DNA of 64,000 nucleotides from the human T2T-CHM13v2.0 reference genome, Homo sapiens, in assembly GCF_009914755.1 (NCBI RefSeq), contig NC_060940.1. The stretch is one strand, 5' to 3'. A program made the position numbers and the translations under genes. Below are positions 58,701 to 64,000 of the stretch, in pieces. The notes under the pieces were generated by a model that was not told where the DNA came from, made no database searches, and worked only from the letters and a program-made list of their open reading frames with translations. The first letter of the stretch is position 1. The number at the start of each line of letters is the position of its first letter.

Positions 58701-58854
58701 CTGTGATTCCCTTTGATGATCATTCTATTTGATTCAATTCGGTGATTTCATTTCATTCCATTCAGTGATGTTTCCATTCGACTGTATTCGATGATGATTC
58801 CATTCGACTGCATTCGATTATGATTTCATTCAATTCCATTCAATAATGATTCCC
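52773..58854 (+). repeat. Type-A HOR unit, paralogous to unit 2 (6080-12161)
   Basis: Markers private to unit 2 recur at +46,693: 9621/56314, 10545/57238, 11068/57761, 11139/57832 and 11702/58395. Confidence 0.88.
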
Positions 58855-58982
58855 TTCGAGTCCATTCGATGATTCCATTCGATTCCATTCAACGATGATT
58901 TGATTCGTTTCCATTCGATGATTCCATTTGATTCCACTTGATGATGATTCCATTCGAGTCCATTTGATGATTCCATTCGAGT

Positions 58983-60809
58983 CTATTCATGTATTATATT
59001 CGTGTCCACTTCATGATTCCATTCAATTCCATTTAATGTTGATTCCATTTGATTCCATTTGATGATTCAGTTCGATTCCTTGCAATGATTCCCTACGATT
59101 CCTTTCTATGATGATTCCATTCGATTCCAGTCATTGATGATTTCATTCGACTCCATTCGATGATGATTCCTTTCGATTCCATTTGACGATGTTTCCATTC
59201 GAGTCCATTCGATGATGATTCTATTCAATTCTGTTCTATTATGATTCCATTCGATTTCATTCAATGCTTCTATTTGATTCCATTCGATGATGATTCCATC
59301 TCTTTCCCTTCGATGATTCCATTTGATTCCATTCAGTGATGATTCCATTTGATTCCATCTGATGATGATTTCACTTGATTCCTTTCAATGATGATTCAAT
59401 TCAAGTCCATTCTATGATTCCATTGGAGTCCAAACGATCATTCCGTTCGATTCCATTCAATGGTGATTCCATTCATGTCCATTCGATGAATCCATTCAAT
59501 TCCATTCGATGATGACTCCATTCGAGTACATTCGATGATTCCATTTGATTCCATTTGAAGATGATTCCATTCAATTCCATTCGAAGATGATTCCATTCAA
59601 TTCCATTCGATGATGATTCCGTATGAATCCATTCTCTGATTATTCCATTCGATTCCATTCATTGACGATTCCATTCAATTCCATTCAATGATGATTCTCT
59701 TCTATTCCATTCGATGATTCCGGTCGATTCCATTCGATGATGATTCCATTAGATTCCATTCGATTGTTGCATTCGATTCCCTTCGATGATGATTCCTTTG
59801 AATTCCATTCGATTATCATTCCGTATGAATCCATTTGATGATTATTCCATTGGATTCCTTTCGATGATGATTCCATTCGATTCCATTTGATGATGTTTCT
59901 CTTGTATTCCATTGGATAATTCCTTTCAGTTCCCTTCGATGATTATTCTTTCGAGTCAATTCGATGATTCTATTCCATTCCCTTCGATGATGATTCCATT
60001 TCACTCCATTTGATGATTCCATTCGACTCAATTTGGTGATGATTCAATTCGATGACATTCGATGACTCCATTCAATTTCATTTGATGATGATTACATTCG
60101 AGTCCATTTGATGATTGTATTCCTTTCCTTTTGATGATTATTCCATTCGTGTCTATTCAAAGGTTCCATTCTATTCCATTCAATGATGATTGCATTTGAT
60201 TCCATTCAATGATTATGGCTATCGATTCCACTCGTTGATTCCATTTGATTCCGTTCGATGATTATTCCGTTAGATTCCATTAGAAGATTCCATTCGATTT
60301 TATTCAATGATTCCAATGGATTCCATTCAATGATGATTCCATTCGACACCATTCAGTGATTCCATTCGAGTCCATTTGATGATTCCATTCTTTTGCATTT
60401 GATGATGATTCCATTAGGGTCCATTCAATTATTCCATTCGAGTCCATTCGTTAATGCCTTTCGAGTCCTTTTGATCACTACATTCGAGTCCATTCAATGA
60501 TTCTATTCGATTCCATTCCATGATGATTCCATTCGAGTTCATTCGATGATTGCATTCGAGTCCATTTGATGATTCCATATGATTCCCTTCGACAATGATT
60601 CCATTCGTGTCCATTTGACGATTCCATTCATTTCCTATCGATGAAGATTCCATTCAAGTGTATTCGATGATTCCATTCAAATCCATTCGATGATGATTCC
60701 ATTCCAGTCCATTCGATCATTCCACTTGATTCCATTTGATGACTATTCCATTCAAATCCATTTGATGATTCCATTCGATTCCATTCGATGTTACCATTCG
60801 AGTATACAC
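58983..60809 (+). repeat. Divergent ~1.83-kb HSat2 segment (copy 2)
   Basis: Same entry motif 'gtctattcatgtattatattcgtg' and same exit junction as copy 1, at offset +46,716 (12390/59106, 12969/59685). Confidence 0.85.
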
Positions 60810-63800
60810 GATGATTCCACTCGATTCCATTTGATGATTATTCCATTGGAGTCCACTTAGTGAATCCTTTAGATTCTACTCGAAGATGATTCCATTCGAG
60901 TCCATTCCATGATACCATTCAATTCCATTCGTTGATGCTTCCATTCAAGTACATTCGATGATATCATTCGATTCCATTTGATGATAATTCCATTTGATTC
61001 CATGCGATGATTCTATTCGATTCCATTCAATGATAATTCCATTCAATTCAGTGATTCCTCTGGACTCCATTTGATGATGATTCCATTCAATGATTCCATT
61101 CGATTCTATTCGAAAATGATTCCATTTGAATCCATTTGATGATGATTCCATTGGATTCCATTTGATGATTCCATTCGATTCCATTCGATGATGATTCCAT
61201 TCGATTCCTTTTGATGATTCCATTCTATTGTATTCGATGATGATTCCATTCGATTCCATTCGATGATGATTGGATTCGATTCCATTTGATGATTTCATTT
61301 GATTCCATTCGATAATGATTTCGATCAATTCCATTCGATGATTCCATTCGATTCCATTCGATAGTGATTACATCCGAGTCCATTCGATGATTCCATTTGA
61401 GCCCGTTCGATAATTCCATTTGAGTCCAATCAATGATTCCATTCATTTCCATTCAATGATTCCATTCGAGTCCATTTGATCATTCCGGTAGGGTCCGTTC
61501 GATGTTGATTCCATTGGAGTGCATTCGATGATTCCATTCGAGTCCATTTTAGGATTTGATTCGAGTCCTTTCGATGATTCCATTCGATTCCACTCGATGA
61601 TTTCATTCGAGTCCATTCGACACTTCCAATCGATTCCATTTGATGTTTCCATTCGATTCCAATTGATGATTCCATTCAATTCCATTCGATGATGATTCCG
61701 TACGATTCCATTCTGTGATGATTCCATGTGATTGCATTCAATGATGATTCCTTTCGATTGCATTCGATTATGATTCATTTCGTGTTCATTCTATGGTTCC
61801 ACAGGTTTCCATTCGATGATGTTTCCATTCGTGTCCATTCCATTATTCCATTCTATTCCATTTGAAGATGATTCCATTCGATTCCATTCATTGGTGATTC
61901 CACTCAATTCCATTCAATGATTCCATTCCATTTCTTTCAACAATGATTCCATTAGTTTCTATTCGATGATCCACTTGATTCCATTTGACGATGATTCCAT
62001 TCGTGTCCATTCGATGATTCCATTTGATTCCATATGATGATGATTCCATTCGATTCCATACGATGATGATTCCATTCGAGTCCATTCAATGGTGATTCCA
62101 TTCAATTCCATTCGATGATTCCTTTCGATTCCATTCAATGATGATGGCATTCAATTCCTTTCGATCATTCCCTTTGATTCCATTCAAAGGTGATTTCATT
62201 CAAGTCCATTCGATAATTGCATTCGATTCCATTCTATGATGATTCCATTCGAGTCCATTTGATGATTCCATTCAATTCAAGTCAATGATGATTCCATTCG
62301 ATTCCACTCGATGATTCCATTGGATTCCATTCGATGATGATTCCATTCAAATCCATTCGATAATTCAATTCAAGTCCATTCGATGATGATTCCAATCGAA
62401 TCCATTCAAAGATTCCACTCAATTCCATTCGATGATGATTCCCTTAGATTCCATTTGATGATTCCACTTGATTCCATTTACGATGATTCCATTCGATTCC
62501 ATGTGATGATTCCATTCAATTCTATTCAATGAAGTTTCCACTTGATTCCATTCGAACATGATTGCCTTTGATTCCATTCAATGATTCCATACGGTTCCAT
62601 TTGATGATGATTCCATTCGAGTGCATTAGATGATTCCATTCGAGTCCATTCGATGATTCCATTCGATTCCATTCGATGTTGATTCTGTTCAAATCCATTC
62701 GATGATTCCACTCGATTCCATTCGATGACTCCATTTGATCCCATTCGATGATTTCCTTTGATTCCCTTTGATGATCATTCCATTTGATTCAATTCGGTGA
62801 TTTCTTTTGATTCCATTCAGTGATGTTTCCATTCAACTCCTTTCGATGATGATTCCATTCGACTCCATTCGATTATGATTTCATTCAATTCCATTCGATA
62901 ATGATTCCCTTCAAGTCCATTCGATGCTTCCATTCGATTCCATTCAACGATGATTTGATTCGTGTCCATTCGATGATTCCATTTGATTCCATTTGATGAT
63001 GATTCCATTCGAGTCCCTTTGATGATTCCATTCAATTCCATTCTCCGATGATTTCTTTTGAGCCCATTCAATGCTTCCACTCGATTCCATATGATGATGA
63101 CTCCATTTGATGAAATTCCATGATGATTCCATTCGCTTGCATTCGATGATGATTCCACTTGAGTCCGTTAGAAGATTCTATTCAATTACATTCCATGACG
63201 ATTCTGTCCGAGTCCATTTGATGATTCCATTAGACTCCATTCGACGATGATTCCATTCGATGTTATTCGTTGATGATTCCATTCAACTCCATTCGAAGTT
63301 TCCATTCGAGTTCATTCTATTATTCCATTAGATTCCATTCGATGATGATTCCATTCGATTCCATTTGATGATTGCATTCTATTTCATTTGATGATGATTC
63401 CATTCGAGTCCATTCGATGATTCCATTCGAGTCCATTTAATGAATCCATTGGTTTCAATTCTATGATGATTACATTGGATTCCATTCGTTGATGATTTCA
63501 TTCGATTCCATTCAATGATGATTCCATTCAATTCCATTCAATGATTCCATTCAATTCCATACGATGATGATTCCATTTGATTTGATTCGACAGTGAGCCA
63601 TTCGATTCAATTCCATGATGATTCTATTTGATTCAATTGGTTGACATTTCCATTCGATTCCATTCGATGATGATTCCATTTGATTCCATTCAAAGATGAT
63701 TCCATTCTAGCCCATTCAATCATTCCATTCGATTCTATTCAATGATGATTCCATTCATGTCGATTTGGTGATTCCATTTGACTTCATTTGATGATGATTC

Positions 63801-64000
63801 CTTTCAAGTTCATTAGATGATTCCATTCGATTCCATTCGATGATTCCATTCTATTCTATTCAATGGTGATTCCATTCGAGTACATTAGATGATTCCATTC
63901 GATTCCATTCAATGATGATTCTATTTGTGTCCCTTAGATGGTTCCACATGATTCCATTTCATGATGATACTATTTGAGCCCATCCAATGATTCCCTTCGA
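60810..64000 (+). repeat. Partial diverged HOR unit plus the start of a variant unit, paralogous to 14094-17490
   Basis: Markers 14701/61430, 15793/62522 and 16215/62944 match at +46,729. The 72-bp and 23-bp deletions are shared, and there is an additional 222-bp deletion at ~63835. Confidence 0.82.

Larger units (their letters stand above)
1..64000 (+). repeat. Human Satellite II (HSat2/HSATII) pericentromeric tandem array, probably subfamily HSat2B
   Basis: Continuous CATTCGATTC/CATTCGAGTC plus GATGAT(GAT) units of 23-26 bp, CpG-containing (TCGA-rich), which is typical of HSat2 rather than simple (CATTC)n HSat3. The same orientation holds from end to end. Subfamily assignment rests on the 6,112-bp period recalled for HSat2B. 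Confidence 0.97.

Noticed and set aside
35-63158. Numerous 60-164 aa minus-strand ORFs (MESSNGIEWNH...-type)
   Set aside because: They are direct translations of the GAATG-rich satellite strand: low complexity, overlapping in several frames, recurring with the HOR, and made or broken at random by SNPs and indels. They show no domain or gene structure.
1-64000. CRISPR-like array suggested by regular 23-26 bp repeats
   Set aside because: There are no unique spacers, leader or cas genes; the sequence is a continuous degenerate tandem satellite.
1-64000. HSat3 (e.g. DYZ1 or chr9) or alpha satellite
   Set aside because: It lacks long simple (CATTC)n runs and any 171-bp periodicity; the CATTCGATTC plus GATGAT grammar is that of HSat2.

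Overview
The whole 64 kb window is one uninterrupted human Satellite II (HSat2/HSATII) array. It is built from diverged CATTC pentamers in ~23/26-bp units (e.g. TTCCATTCGATTCCATTCGATGATGA), with the CATTC-rich strand on + throughout. I see no genes, transposons or inversions, and the listed ORFs are translation by-products of the repeat. The array has a ~6.1-kb higher-order repeat (HOR). From memory, the dominant 6,112-bp period is the one described for the HSat2B array of human chr16q11.2, so that location is an inference. Two HOR length variants occur: 6,079-bp 'A' and 6,112-bp 'B', which differ by a +49 and a -16 bp indel. A ~1.83-kb divergent HSat2 segment replaces ~3.8 kb of a unit twice (~12.27-14.09 kb and ~58.98-60.81 kb), and these two copies reveal a ~46.7-kb super-period. 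Other structure includes a ~12.25-kb two-unit SNP echo, chimeric units, indels quantized in 23/26-bp multiples, and one DUX4-consensus site per intact unit. I find no evidence of a novel protein-coding system; the interesting content is the repeat architecture.
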